Origin: Tubulanus polymorphus
Taxonomy: Eukaryota; Animalia; Nemertea
Assembly (NCBI RefSeq): GCF_964204645.1
Contig: NC_134029.1
Coordinates: 13,790,850 to 13,854,849, forward strand
Direction of reading: 5' to 3'
DNA length: 64,000 bases
Positions 36,176 to 49,026 of the stretch are shown piece after piece. Both the position numbers and the translations under genes were made by a program. Position 1 is the first letter of the stretch. Each line of letters starts with the position of its first letter. Below the pieces are notes generated by a model. That model was not told where the DNA came from. It worked only from the letters and a program-made list of their open reading frames with translations, and searched no databases.

Positions 36176-36586
36176 TCAAATATAAATATTCACTGATTTA
36201 AATATGAATTATTTCACTCACACTTTACTCACACTTTTAATGTTTAAAAATCTAACTCATACAAATATAAATATTGAAATATGTTTAAAATATAAACTAT
36301 TTCACTCACACTTTACTCACACTTTTTCTAGCGAGTAGAAAATGAAAAATAAATTCGAGTGTGCGAGAATTATTTTTCATTTTTTATGAGTTTCGCGAGT
36401 AATTCAAGTAGAAATTGTTATTATTTTCATGTTTTTCATTTTTTACGAGCTCGACCGTTCGACCTTTGATCTGAAAGCCCATTACCCCTATTACTTACTA
36501 GGCTAAAGAATTTTTCTCATATTCGGTCACTTTTGTAAACTGCAATAAAATTTGTAATTAATTCATTTAGCTTCATATGATTTCAT

Positions 36587-38024
36587 AACAAGAGGCCCAC
36601 GGGCCTTATACCTTCATGACGCAGTAGAAAAAGAATTCCGTATTCAAAGTTTTACAGAAAGATTTACATTGTAACGATGTAACAAGTTTTGAATAAGTAG
36701 AGATGGTATAGGCTACGATAATGTTCATTTTCTGTAAATATATCCTTACATGAAAAGACAAGCCCATTTAGCTCCCCCAAAGATGACACTACATGAAACA
36801 AGAAAGAAATTCTAAAAATGGGCTTGCTGACATTGTTGTACTGAAAGCTTGCTTTGTGGTTTTGTATTTCTGTAGTAGAATTAATCGAACTTCGAACTGA
36901 TTACATAAGAGATCGGTGTTGTCGTACATCGTACATGAAATGTTACACACGGGGACTGGGAAAATCGGAATGGTTTTATTCTAGACGTGGACCAAGTTAC
37001 TGCAAGCTTTTGGATAGTTGTTATTTGAATATTGTAGTGTCTTAACGGAATTTATCATCATGTTAATAATTGCTAGATTACATATCAGATTGTGTTGAAA
37101 TGATTTTGCATAGAAAAATTCACAGCTGAAAGAAAAAACGTGACTAACTCGAGTGACTTCAAGTGAATAGAATCCGCACATGAAAATAGATGCCCTCGGC
37201 CTGAAATTTACAGGCATATGTGAATTTACAGGGTCAACAATCGGTCAACAATTACGGCCTCTAAACTCTTAACGTCGTTTTTCATGTCGACCCCTGGTAC
37301 CTAAAATTTAAATCGAATCGACCCAATTCGAAATAGGGTTCTACCCCAAGTGATACCCTAGTTGTGTACTAAGATTTAAAACAATCGGTCAACAATTACG
37401 GCCTCTAGGCTGTTAACGTTGTTTTTCATGTCAGCCTCCTGGTGGCTAAAATTTAAATCAAATTGACCCAATTCTAAATAGAGTTCTACCCCAAGTGATA
37501 TCCTACTTGTGTACCAAGTTTTAAAACAATCGGTCAACAATTGTGGCCTCTAGGCTGTTAACGTCGTTTTTCATGTCGGCCCCCTGGTGGCCATAATTTA
37601 AATCGAATCGACCCAATTCTAAAAAGAGTTCTACCCCAAGTGATATCCTACTTGTGTACCAAGTTTTAAAACAATCGGTGAACAATTGCGGCCGCTAGGC
37701 TCTCAACGTCGTTTTTCATGTCGAACCCCTGGTGGCCATAATTTAAATCGAATCGACCCAATTTTAAATAGGGTTCTGGCCCAAGTGATATCCTACTTGT
37801 GTACCAAGTTTAAAAACAATCGGTAAACAATTGTGGCCTCTAGGCTGTTAAAGTCGTTTTTCATGTCGGCCCCCTGGTGGCCATAATTTAAATTAAATCC
37901 ACCCAATTTTAAATAGGGTTCTGGCCCAATTGATATCCTACTTGTGTACCAAGTTTTAAAACAATCGGTCAACAATTACGGCCTCTAGACTGTTAACGCC
38001 GCTTGCGGCAGCGGCGGCGGCGTA
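36587..38024 (+). mobile_element. HINE-like element, 5' part with a ~146-bp tandem array (split by Polinton C; 3' end at 57123-57190)
   Basis: Begins aacaagaggcccacgggcc; units aaaacaatcggtcaacaatt...; (ggc)n tract; after copy C it continues tacagacag...tatgccccc...gggggcataaaa. Confidence 0.75.
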
Positions 38025-38114
38025 AGTAATTGGGAAAGTAGGCTTTCATACCAGAGGTCGAGCGGTCGAGACACCACTCATCACCACAAGTAATTTTTTT
38101 TCCTAATAAATGGG
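38025..38114 (+). repeat. Left TIR of copy C (mate ~57034-57122)
   Basis: Near-perfect reverse complement of the right end up to the first ATG. Confidence 0.92.
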
Positions 38115-38439
38115 GGAGAATGAACACCAGCCAGAAAACAATAATGTTTATAAAAATCAATATTGTAAAAAATACATCGATAAATCCCAAAAATCACGAC
38201 ATGAAAAAACTGCAAATCATATAAAAAAAATGTAATAGATTTTGAAACTCCAGAAAATTCCAATGAAAGAAAAGAAAGATTAGAAAATATGAATGTGGAT
38301 GAAATAAAATGTGAAGTTTGTAATGAATTTATAGTAAAAAGGAATTATAATAGACATCTCGAATCACAAAAACACCGCCAAAATTTGAGTAATAATGTTT
38401 TAGGAAAAGATTGTTTTGATGATAAACCTCAACAAGTAA

Positions 38440-40672
38440 AACAAGAGCCCCAAGGGGCACAATGGCCAGCCTGTCAGATTTGCTTTTTATAAATGATGTA
38501 ATCTGTGGGTTATATTTATCAATATACACTCCCTGCTCAATATCATTTACAAAGTAAAATCGTGTGTTAACACAGACAGCAGGAACGAATGTAATATAGA
38601 AATACTAAGTTATTGTATTGTTCAACGCCCCCTGGTGGCCATTAAAAAAAACAATGAGCTTGAAACTCACCTCGATCATAGAACATGTCATGAGCTACAA
38701 CTTTCCAATTGATTATAGTAGCAAAATATGCTTAAGTATCAATTATGATGTGGAAAAACTTTTTTTCCACCTACGAATGAGTACTGATGACCCCAAGATG
38801 GCCGCCAGTGCGTCATAATTGCCTGGTCAAAAATACCCTCTCGGATATAAAAGATCCCTTTCCAAAGAATACCCATTACAAATTGCAATGAAACATGGCG
38901 CACCATTAGAAAGCTACACTACTCAGAATTCAGGCCAAAATTGATATTTTTGGGAACAAAAAAGGTCACAGTACGGCCATCTTGAGTCCGATCGACTCAA
39001 TTTTTCTCATGCCGATGGGCCCTCGGGGGATACAAATATATACGAATGATCAAGGTTATTGATAAAAGTGTCTTCAAAATTTCCTTCGAAAACTTCAAAA
39101 ATGTGTAAAAGTGCTGATTTTGGCGAACAACAATGGCTGCCAGTCGGCCATCTTGAATCTGACAGGGCCAGTTTTTGGCCTGAAGATGTGTCTAGGGTAG
39201 ATACACGTATAAAACAAATATCAAGACATTACCTTGAAGCGTCTTCAAAACTTTGGAACCCTCACGAACTATCTAGATGGTTATCTCTCGACCTCAATAG
39301 CTTCAAGACCCATCTCAAAACAACTTTGTTCCATGCAGCATACCATTAACTCTCGGAAAGCGAATTGTATTTAACATTTTTTGGCAGAATAAAATTTGAT
39401 AGAATTTGCAATTCGGGCACATGGCTAATTAGCATATCAAGGTCATACACCCGATTTGGTAAAACCTTTTTTTTCGCGAACCTTGCGCAATTGTCAAGGA
39501 TGAATTTTCTGTAGAGCAAATAAAAATTCCTCCCAAACACCAAATCAACTAAAGATTTCATAGAAATCGATCTTGAAATACAATTTTAAATCTTAAAATA
39601 AAACCCGGAAGTAAAACAGTAGACGATACCGCGGATTCACGTGAACACCTGATTTCTGTAAACGAAATGTTGGTTGTGACAAAATTGTTCAGACGGTTTT
39701 AGGTGGTAATAAGTACGGAAACGTAACGACCATGGTCGACTTAATCGATGAAATCAGGCCTGTGTGATATCCAAATTTTGACTTTTTTATTCTCCAGACC
39801 TCACTGATATAGAAATAAAAAATTTTGGTGGTACGAAAGTGCAATCACAGCGCCGATGGGGACAGAGCCGTGTCAGAGATCGGCGGAGTGAAAATTGAGG
39901 TGGACGAACACGAAGAAGTAGGCTATTGCGCTACTTAAATCACGAAAACTCCTGGCGCGGCCCCGACGCTCTTCGTTGATTAAGTAATACAAATATCATG
40001 CAATGGGTTTTCACAATCTACCGCTGGTATTTACCGGATTTCAATATCACTCCAAAATTCAAAGAAACCTCGAAATATCGAACCGGAACACTTCCGGTAG
40101 ATATCCGCGACTGCCCAACCGGGAAACTTATTTGTTTCAATAGATATTGATAGGATCCATCATCTTCACCCGTCAAGGGATTCGAACCCACTAAGCTAAA
40201 GCCATGCCAGAATCGGGTCGATCACAGCGCTTGTAACAAACCACATTAGGCTTCTGTGGAATTTACCAGTAAATGGGCCAATCAGCGAACACGTAGCGAA
40301 CGCGGAAGTATTGTCGCGTGTTGATACATGACGTCATGCGCAAAAGCGCCAGTAATGAAATCGCGATAATTCACGTGAACAGCTGCTGATATTTTCAGAT
40401 AAACCAATCACAGGGAAGACACAACTTCCTGATTGGCTGATAAAAATTGAAATTTTCCCGATTTAACTTTCGTGAAAAATGCAGAAAACATTTTTATGAG
40501 ACCCTATTTCAAAATTCTGCTCGCTACGATTCCGAGAATGGATTACGCTTAAATACGTGATTTGTTCGAATATGCCCTCACTTGGCAAGCAAAAGAGCCT
40601 TTTGTGTGGACACCATGTCATTTAAATTCGCTCCATTTGTATAGTAATAGGCTCAGCCTACGGCTGGCCTAA
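38440..40672 (+). mobile_element. HINE-like element, same family as 13564-15954 (one tandem unit)
   Basis: Same termini and internal sequence; interrupts the pPolB 5' region. Confidence 0.8.
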
Positions 40673-43600
40673 AAACCAACTTCAAAAACTAAATCCATTT
40701 CAAATAAACCTTACATGGAAAATGTTAGAAATTATATTGATTCACTAGAAATAAAAGATACAATTGAAATTTTAGAAACATTACATAATAAAATTGGTCC
40801 TGCAGCTATTATATTTAGATTTTTTAAAGGAACAACAATAGAAGATTATAGTAAATTTAATGAAATAATAGAAAAAATACTAGATTTGATAACAGATGTT
40901 GAATATCCAAAAATTAGTATCTCTGGGAAAGTAAGTTTTATAAAGTCAGAAGAAAAAATGAATTATAATATTCAAACACACTCTGAAGAAATAATTTCAA
41001 AAACACAAATAAAAGAGAAGTTAGAAAAAATATTTAATGAATTTAAACGTCATATTGAAGAAATATATTTTGAGGGTTCTGGCTTAACATTGAATGAAAT
41101 TATATATTTAGATTTAAATGTTTACAATACAAAAAGGAATAAAACATCAAAAAGTAATAAAATGTTTAAAAATGATTCAAACTTTACAACAGAAAAGGAT
41201 ATTAAAGCATCATCTTATATTAAATTACCATTTACAACAAAAGCAGTAATAAATGTTCAAAATGAAGATAATAAATGTTTTCTATGGTCAATTATTAGTT
41301 GTTTACACCCAACAGAAGATATGACGCATAGTTTTAGAATAACAAATCACCGGAAATATGAAACATTATATAAAATTGATCAATATCCAGTAACTATAAA
41401 AATGATTCCTAAAATAGAAAAAGTTAATAATTTAAAAATAAATGTATTTGAATTAATGCAATTACAAAAGACAAAAGGTGAAAATATTAAAGATTATACA
41501 TTGGAAGCTTTATATTTAACAGAATATTATGATGATGAAAATGCTATAGATTTGTTATATTACAAAAAAGATGAAAATGAACATTATATGTGGTTAAAAC
41601 AAATTGATTTATTCTTTAGAACAGAAAGTGATCACCATAATAAAATTTATCTATGTAGAAAATGTTTATCTTCATTTATGACTGAGAATAAATTATTAAA
41701 ACATAAAGAATTATGTGATAATAAAGATTTTTGTAAATTAATAATGCCAACAGAAAAAGATTATAAATTGAAATTTACTAATCATAAATTTAAGAATATT
41801 GTTCCATTTGTAATTTATGGGGATTTTGAATCGTTGAATAAAGAATTAACTGATCAAGATAGAAAAGAAATATATAACAAAAAGCAATTATTAAAATCAA
41901 TGGAAAAAGGAAATGAATTAAATGAAGACACAACACAAGACCCACCCATTATAAATACAATTAAAAAAGTTCACCAAAGAGCTGCTGCTTATGGAATTTA
42001 CATCAAATCAAATTATCCTGAATTATATGAAAGGGTAGTTAATGATTTTTGTGACAAAATGATTGAATTAGAAAGTGATTTTGCAAAATTATTAAACAAA
42101 AATAAAAGAATAGTTATGACAAAAGAAGATGAAATTGATTTTAATTATGCAACTCATTGTTGTTATTGTGAAAAACGTTTTTATTCATTTGATAAAAAAG
42201 TTAGAGATCATGATCATTTAAATTCAAAATATCGTGGAGCTGCTCATGAAGATTGCAATTTACAAGCTAAGAAAGTTAATTTCGTACCAATATTATTTCA
42301 TAATTTATCAGGCTATGATACCCATCTATTATTTATAAAACAATTATCGGGAAAATTGGGCACAATTAATCAAGAAATAGAAGAATATAATGCTATGAAT
42401 GGTGTAAATGTAAGAAAATATGATTTTAAACTATTAGCTAAAACATCTGAAAATTATATTTCATTTCAATTTGGTTGCATTAGATTTTTAGATTCTTATA
42501 GATTTCTAGCAAGTTCATTAGATAATTTATCAAAAAGTTTAGTTGATAATGATTTTGTTATCACTCGATATTATTATCCAAATGAACAAGATTTTAAATT
42601 ATTGAGATATAAAGGCGCAATTCCTTATTCATTTTATGAAACACACAATGATTTCAATGTAACAGAATTATTAAAAGATCAATTTTATGATCAATTAAAA
42701 GAGGAGTATGTGAAAGACGAAGTGTTTAATAGAACATTAAATATTTGGAACCATTTTAAGATGAAAAATCATGGCGAATTAGTTGATTTATATTTAAAAT
42801 CAGATGTTATGATATTGGCTGACATATTTGAAAAATTTAGAGAAGTTAATTTGAATCATTTTAATGTTGATCCTTGTTATTGCTACTCTAGTCCTGGTTT
42901 AACCTGGCAATGTGGTTTAAAATATACAAATGTAGAATTAGATTTATTAAAAGAACCAGATATGGTTTTATTATTTTAAAAATCAATTAGAGGTGGAATT
43001 AGTGGTGTTATGGGAGATAGATATTTTAAAGCAAATGATGAATATAAATTATTATATATTGACGCCAATAATTTATATGGTTGGGCAATGATGCAACCTC
43101 AACCATATAAAATTTTTATATTAACAGAAGTTGAAAATGGTGATAAAACTGATTGGGAAAGCGCAATTTCGAGTTTAAAAGATGAAGCACCAATTGGTTA
43201 TTTCTTTGTAGTTGATTTAGAATATCCTGAAAATATAAAGTTTAAAACAAGAAACTTACCTTATTGCCCAGAACATTTAACTGTAGATGATAGTTATTTA
43301 AGTGAATACCAGAAGAAAATAAAACCGAAAGATCATGTTTTTACAGAAAAATTAATACTTACTCAAAATAAAAAATACAATTATATTGTTCATTATAGAA
43401 TGTTAAAATTTTATCTAAAACAAGGAATGAAATTAAAGAAAGTACATAGATATATTGAATTTAATCAATCGAAGTGGTTAGAAAAATATATAGATTTCAA
43501 TACTCAACAGAGAACAATATCAAAAACAGATTTTGAAAAAGATTTCTTCAAATTAATGAATAATAGTTTTTATGGTAAAACATGTGAAAATATAAGAAAT

Positions 43601-43855
43601 AGAAATGATATTGAATTAGTAAATAATTCTGAAAGATTAAGACATTTACAATCAAGTCCTAGACATTGAGGAAATAAAAGATTAGAAGATTATTTAACAG
43701 CAGTTAAATTAAAAAGAACGTCAATGAAATTCAATAAACCTATATTTATTGGTTCAACTGTTTTAGAAGTATCAAAATTATTAATGTATGATTTTTATTG
43801 TAATGTTTTACAACCACTTTTTGGGGAAAAGCATATTGAAATATTATATTTTGAT

Positions 43856-44919
43856 TCTGTAACAGCTGACACCCCAATATTATTAAAATGTAATGATAAA
43901 ATATTGATAAGAAGAATTTCAGAAATAATTCCAAAACAAAATGAATGTTATATTTCATATGGTGAAAAAGAATTAATACAAATAAATGGATTAATAGATG
44001 TTTGGACAAGAAATGGATGGAAAAAATTAAAGAATATTATTAGACATAAAACAAATAAGAAAATCTATAGAGTTAGAACTCAATTAGGATTTGTAGATGT
44101 TACAGAAGATCATAGTTTAATTAACGAAATGGTGATGAAATAAAACCAACTGATATAAAAATTGGAGATGGATTATTACATAAAAGATTTTTCCAAAGAA
44201 TGAATCATATGTCATTTGATGAAATAATATATAATATTTATAATATAGAACCCGAAACATTAGAAGAAAAAGAATATTTTATCAGAGGATTTTTCATGGG
44301 TGATGGTTCAGCAGGTGTGTATAATTATGTTTGGGGTAATAAATATTGTTGGTATTTATGCAATCAAGACTTAAAATTATTAGAAAGAATTAAGAAATTC
44401 TGTGAAGAAGTTTATTCACATAAAACATTTAGAATCATGGATCATATGAAATCATCAGCAGTTTATAGAATACTTGTAAATAATCCTAAAGATTTTGCTA
44501 TAAAATATAATGATGAATTCTATATTCATGCAATAGTGAAAAGTAATACTTCAACTTAAGAAAAGATAGTACCAGATTATGTATTAAATGCAAAAAATAA
44601 TTTAAGAAAATGGTTCTTTATTGGGTTCTATGCTGCAGATGATTCAAAAAGTTTCAAAAACCGCAAAACGATATCTTTAGCTCAAAAAGGAAAAGTTGCT
44701 ATATCAGGATTGAATATATTATGCAATTCATTAGGTTTTAATATGAATATTGGATTGATTAAATCTAAACCAAATTGCTTTAATTTAAGCCATGTAGAAA
44801 ATGAGTTAACAGAAGAAGTTAAAGATTTATTTGAAATATATAACCCAACAGATTATGTTTATGATTTATCAACTGAAGATGGTACATTTAATTGTGGATT
44901 TCCATTAATTGCCAAAAAT
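43856..44919 (+). other. Intein (~355 aa reconstructed) with LAGLIDADG homing endonuclease in pPolB motif C
   Basis: Block A SVTADTPILL, block B VDVTEDHSL, FIRGFFMGDGS and FLIGFYAAD LAGLIDADG blocks, block F/G YVYDLSTEDGTF...LIAKN, +1 Thr; one frameshift (~44125) and one stop (44557). Confidence 0.92.
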
Positions 44920-45371
44920 ACGGACGCCTACATACTAAAAATCAAGACAAATGACATAACAAAAGACTTAAAAACATTAAAACATCATTTTGATTTTAGC
45001 AATTATCCCAAAGATCATGAACTATTTAGCAATGATAATAAAAAGATTCCTGGTAAGTTTAAAGATGAATTAGGGGGCGATGAAATGATTGAATTTGTTG
45101 GGATAAGAAGTAAAATGTATAGTTACAGAACAAAAGATCATGAAGCTAAAAAGTTAAAAGGAATAACAAAACATGTGGTTGATAAACATATAGAATTTCA
45201 AAATTATATAAAGTGTTTATATAACTCAATTGTAATGAAACATAAAATGAATTGTTTAAGATCAGAAGATCACGAGATGTACATTAATGAAGTTGAAAAA
45301 ACTAGTTTAAATCCATTTGATGATAAAAGACATATTTCAGATGATGGTATAAAAACATTACCTTATGGCCA

Positions 45372-45650
45372 TTAAAACAGAAAATCAATATCATCATACT
45401 CGAAATCACTATTGGCTTCTTCATTTTCATTTAATTGTTCTTGTATAATTTGTTTAGGTTCTTCCATTTCATTTTTCTCATTTAAATAAAGTTCTATCTT
45501 GTGCCACATTTCATCTCGCTCTCTTTGTTTCTTTTTGTTTGTTAATTCGTCAAATGGAATTATAATATCGATGTTTAAATAATTTACAATCTTATTTAAA
45601 AAGAATTCATAATTAATTGAATCTGTTATTCTATTTTCCAAATGATACAT
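45372..45650 (-). CDS. Hypothetical acidic-tailed protein, 92 aa
   Basis: Open ORF packed between the pPolB stop and the zinc-finger gene. Confidence 0.5.
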   Translation of the reverse strand: MYHLENRITDSINYEFFLNKIVNYLNIDIIIPFDELTNKKKQRERDEMWHKIELYLNEKNEMEEPKQIIQEQLNENEEANSDFEYDDIDFLF

Positions 45651-46700
45651 TAATATTTGTTTGAATATTTTTTTTTATATTTTCCATATCTTCTTCTGTT
45701 AATTTAGGTTTTTCATAATAATCGTTAAATAATAAATATAAATACATTTTCTTTTGTTTTGTGTTAAATGTTGACGGAATCATTGTTTTTATAATATCTT
45801 TTTTAGTTATTTCACCATTTTTATTTTCTAATATCTTCATTTTTTCAAGCCATTGCATATATTCTGGTGTATGATCTTCTATAGAAAATATTTTAAAAAT
45901 TTCATCTAGATAATTTAATTTTGGATCTATGTGAAAATTTTTAGGTTTTTCTCCACCCCATAAATTCTTTTGCCATCCACAATCAACACAAAATAACACA
46001 GTACCTTCTTGTCTTAAGGTCGCGTAATTACATTGTGGGCATTTTCGTTTATAATTTATTGGTAATAGATCTTCATTAAGCTCTTGGTATTTTCTTACGT
46101 TTTCTTTATGTTTTATTGTTCTATTATGTAGATTTGAATTACTTGTTGTAATAAATAATTTACAATATTTACAATAATATGTTTTTCTTGTTAATTCATT
46201 ATATTGTTTTTCTAACTTTTCAACTGTTTCTTTATTATCTGGTAACGTTTTCTCATATTTCATTTTTTCTAATAAATTATTTTTTCTTTCATTGAATTCA
46301 GTTTCAAATTTATTAGAAATTTTATCTATATGTACTTTACGAAATTGATGATTCTCCTAATCTTCTATATTTTCAGGGCTATATTTTATTCGACAAGGCT
46401 CACAGAAATGATCTTTTATATTATCCTTATCATAGAATAAAAAAGGTATTTTCCAAATAATTTCAGGTTCAACTTCAACAGAATTACTATTACTTTCGTT
46501 ACTATCAACATTAGCCGTTGCGCCATTAATTTTACACTTCTCTGAATGTTTTTAACATAATTTCTTGAGAATAATTTATTACATTTTGGACAGTTTAGTT
46601 TGGGGGGTTTATAATTTTCATCATGTTTTTTCATATGTCGAGCCATATTACTTTTTCTTAGAAGTTCACCGCAAATTTCGCATGGTATCTTCTCATCCAT
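45631..46700 (-). pseudogene. Multi-zinc-finger protein (C2H2 plus Cys4 ribbon), split into 94-aa and 210-aa pieces
   Basis: CEICG...HMKKH, CPKC, CKYC...H...H, CPQC...CVDCG; TAAATG start at 46700. Confidence 0.7.
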
Positions 46701-46768
46701 TTATTAAGGAAAAATTTTATTAAAATTAATTTTTAGTGATGAGCGGTAATTTTTTTATGTTATAAATA

Positions 46769-47512
46769 ATGGTAGAATTAAAAGAATACAGAATATTTGT
46801 TGATTCTAGAAAACTTACAAATTATAAATCAAATAATTTAATAGTTCAATTAGATAGAGAATTTAAGAATTGTGTTGATTTAAAATTAGAAAATATAAGT
46901 TTATGTAACTCATTTTACAATATATCGGATAAAAGTCTAGAACATTTAATTTTTTCAATCTTTTACAAAAAGAGGAATAAATGGTTTTTTATATATTTAA
47001 AACCAGGATTATATAATTTAGATACATTAGCACAAGAAATTAATAGAAAAGCTCGAGCTAAATTAGGAAGTGATTCCGGATTTAGTATTAGAATTTTAAA
47101 AAGTGATAGTTCTAAAAAAATAAAGATTAGGTTAGCTAATGACGAACAATTTAGATTTACAGTAAGAAAACCTATAGGTAAACTGTTAGGAATTAACCCA
47201 GATATTGTTACAGCATACGCAGAAGGTAAATCAAACTTAATACCTTTTACACATTTTTATATTTATTGCAATTTAATTGACCCAACAAAAACATTTGAAG
47301 CAACTAAAGATACAATTTGTAATTCTAGTATATTAAATATTTTACCATTAAAAAATGTTAAACAATTTGGAACGCAAACTGAATGTGATTTTAAACCTTG
47401 TACTCCACATTTCAATAATTTTAAATTAGAAATAAGAAATCATAATGGTTATTTAATTGATTTGAATGACTTTCCTGTAATTTATGAATTAGTTATAAGA
47501 TGTAAAGAGTAA
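46769..47512 (+). CDS. Penton / minor capsid protein
   Basis: IFVDSR...NSFYNI...PGLYNLDTL...LLG...IYCNLI...IRNHNGYLIDLN pattern and 247-aa size resemble Polinton-type pentons. Confidence 0.7.
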   Translation: MVELKEYRIFVDSRKLTNYKSNNLIVQLDREFKNCVDLKLENISLCNSFYNISDKSLEHLIFSIFYKKRNKWFFIYLKPGLYNLDTLAQEINRKARAKLGSDSGFSIRILKSDSSKKIKIRLANDEQFRFTVRKPIGKLLGINPDIVTAYAEGKSNLIPFTHFYIYCNLIDPTKTFEATKDTICNSSILNILPLKNVKQFGTQTECDFKPCTPHFNNFKLEIRNHNGYLIDLNDFPVIYELVIRCKE

Positions 47513-47528
47513 TTTTTTCACTATATAA

Positions 47529-47885
47529 ATGAATATAACTGTTGGACCGAGTATATGTTTTGGATTTGATTTTAAACGTGAGAAAGAAATGAAATTTAAC
47601 ATTAATGATGTAATTACACATATCAAAAATATAACATTTTCTAATGAAACAACATTTGAGTATGAAACAACAATAGATAAAGAAACTTTAAATGTAGAAA
47701 AGATTACTAATTTAATTAGAGAATCTTTAAGATTTTATGAATTAGATGAAGATTTTATCATAGATGATATTAAAAACATATTAACCGAAATATATGATAA
47801 TCATAAAAGTAGCAATGAAATAAATGTTGAATTAATCATCACTAAAATAACTAAATATTTTGAAGATAGTAATTTTTTTGATTAA
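47529..47885 (+). CDS. Polinton hypothetical protein, 118 aa
   Basis: Open ORF, TAAATG start, homolog in copy B. Confidence 0.7.
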   Translation: MNITVGPSICFGFDFKREKEMKFNINDVITHIKNITFSNETTFEYETTIDKETLNVEKITNLIRESLRFYELDEDFIIDDIKNILTEIYDNHKSSNEINVELIITKITKYFEDSNFFD

Positions 47886-47888
47886 TAA

Positions 47889-48110
47889 ATGAGTGATAAT
47901 AAGTGGATAATAACTGGATTATATAATGGCGCATTACTATCAGTTGGAATTGTTGGTTATTCAATGTTATTAAAATAAGTATTCAAAATGGGAAGTGTTA
48001 ATGTTGATAGATTTGATATAAATGATATCTTAAAATTAACATTAGCAGTTACTTTATCTAATCTAACTATTGATTATTTAGAAAAACAAAAATATATTCC
48101 TCCCATATAA
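47889..48110 (+). pseudogene. Small hydrophobic protein (homolog of 11236..11457) with an internal stop
   Basis: Nucleotide similarity to the copy B ORF. Confidence 0.65.
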
Positions 48111-48134
48111 ATGCATAATTTTTTTGCTAAATAA

Positions 48135-48557
48135 ATGGCTTCTACAATTATAACTATTAAAGGATCGGCAATTGTTAACGCTTTAGCATTTACTGGTGGT
48201 GGTTATTTATTCAAGCATATTGATAAAAATAGTTCATTAGGAGAACAAAGAAGACATAACTTAGCATTAGAAAAATACAATAAAGCAGCAGAAGAATATA
48301 GAGAAAAGAGGCAAAACTATATGGATTATATTAATAAGGAATTATATGATCAGAAGATTTCACATAGAGATTTTCAATCAGTTGATGATGCAATGAGTTT
48401 ATATAACGCGGTAACCAATAAAGAAAAATTACATCTATACAAACCTAAATTATCAGATTATTATACCCCAAGTAAAGAACAACAGAAATATGAAATAATA
48501 TGGATTTTAGGTGGAACTGTTATTGTTATATTTGTAGCATATAAATTAACTAATTAG
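48135..48557 (+). CDS. Polinton protein, 140 aa, hydrophobic ends with a central coiled coil
   Basis: SAIVNALAFTGGGYLF...RHNLALEK...IWILGGTVIVIFV; homolog at 11481. Confidence 0.75.
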   Translation: MASTIITIKGSAIVNALAFTGGGYLFKHIDKNSSLGEQRRHNLALEKYNKAAEEYREKRQNYMDYINKELYDQKISHRDFQSVDDAMSLYNAVTNKEKLHLYKPKLSDYYTPSKEQQKYEIIWILGGTVIVIFVAYKLTN

Positions 48558-48578
48558 TAATTTTTTTTTGCTAAATAA

Positions 48579-49014
48579 ATGGAAGATAAAGTTGATAGTA
48601 TTGATATTATTCCTCATGATATAAATAAAACTAAATTAAAAATATATTTAGAAAAACAAATATTAGAATTTGAAAGTGACTTAAAGATAAAAAAGAAAAA
48701 ATATTTAAAATCTTAAAATTATATATTATTTGATTATAAGTGGTTCGGTTACAATTAGTTCTGTAATAACATTTCTAGCAATATTCAGTCCATTAACACC
48801 TTTAGCTATATCAATTGGTGTATTAGGATTAAGTTCAAGTGTTTTAACTGGTATAAGTTCAAAATTAAATATAAAAGGTAATAAAGAAAAAATTAAAACA
48901 AATATAAAAGAAATTAATAAATTGAAGAATACACTAGATTATACAATAAGTTTAAATGGTCATATAACAGTTGAAGAACAAGATAAATTATTAAAAAAAT
49001 TAATAAATTATTAA
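48579..49014 (+). pseudogene. Two-TM small protein, frameshifted
   Basis: Homolog of 11923-12363. Confidence 0.65.
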
Positions 49015-49026
49015 TTTTTTAAATAA

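Larger units (their letters stand above)
32840..36495. mobile_element. Palindromic non-autonomous element with Polinton-type termini (putative satellite)
   Basis: ~1.65-kb near-identical inverted arms; ends AGTAATAGGGG...CCCCTATTACT; direct 6-bp TSD TACTAG (32834-32839, 36496-36501); first 46 bp match the copy C terminus at 37 positions. Confidence 0.92.
38110..45375 (+). pseudogene. polB: Protein-primed family B DNA polymerase with N-terminal zinc fingers, an EndoVII-like insert and an intein; disrupted
   Basis: YGDFES, FHNLSGYD, FLDSYRF, DVMILADIFEKFR (exonuclease); YIDANNLYG, KLMNNSFYGK, YFD|TDA, GKFKDE, SKMY, DDKR (polymerase); stops at 42977 and 43667; insertion at 38440. Confidence 0.93.

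Noticed and set aside
32840-36495. Fold-back sequencing or amplification artefact
   Set aside because: Flanks are not mirrored, the TSD is a direct repeat, and the arms differ by one repeat unit and in the centre; still worth confirming with reads
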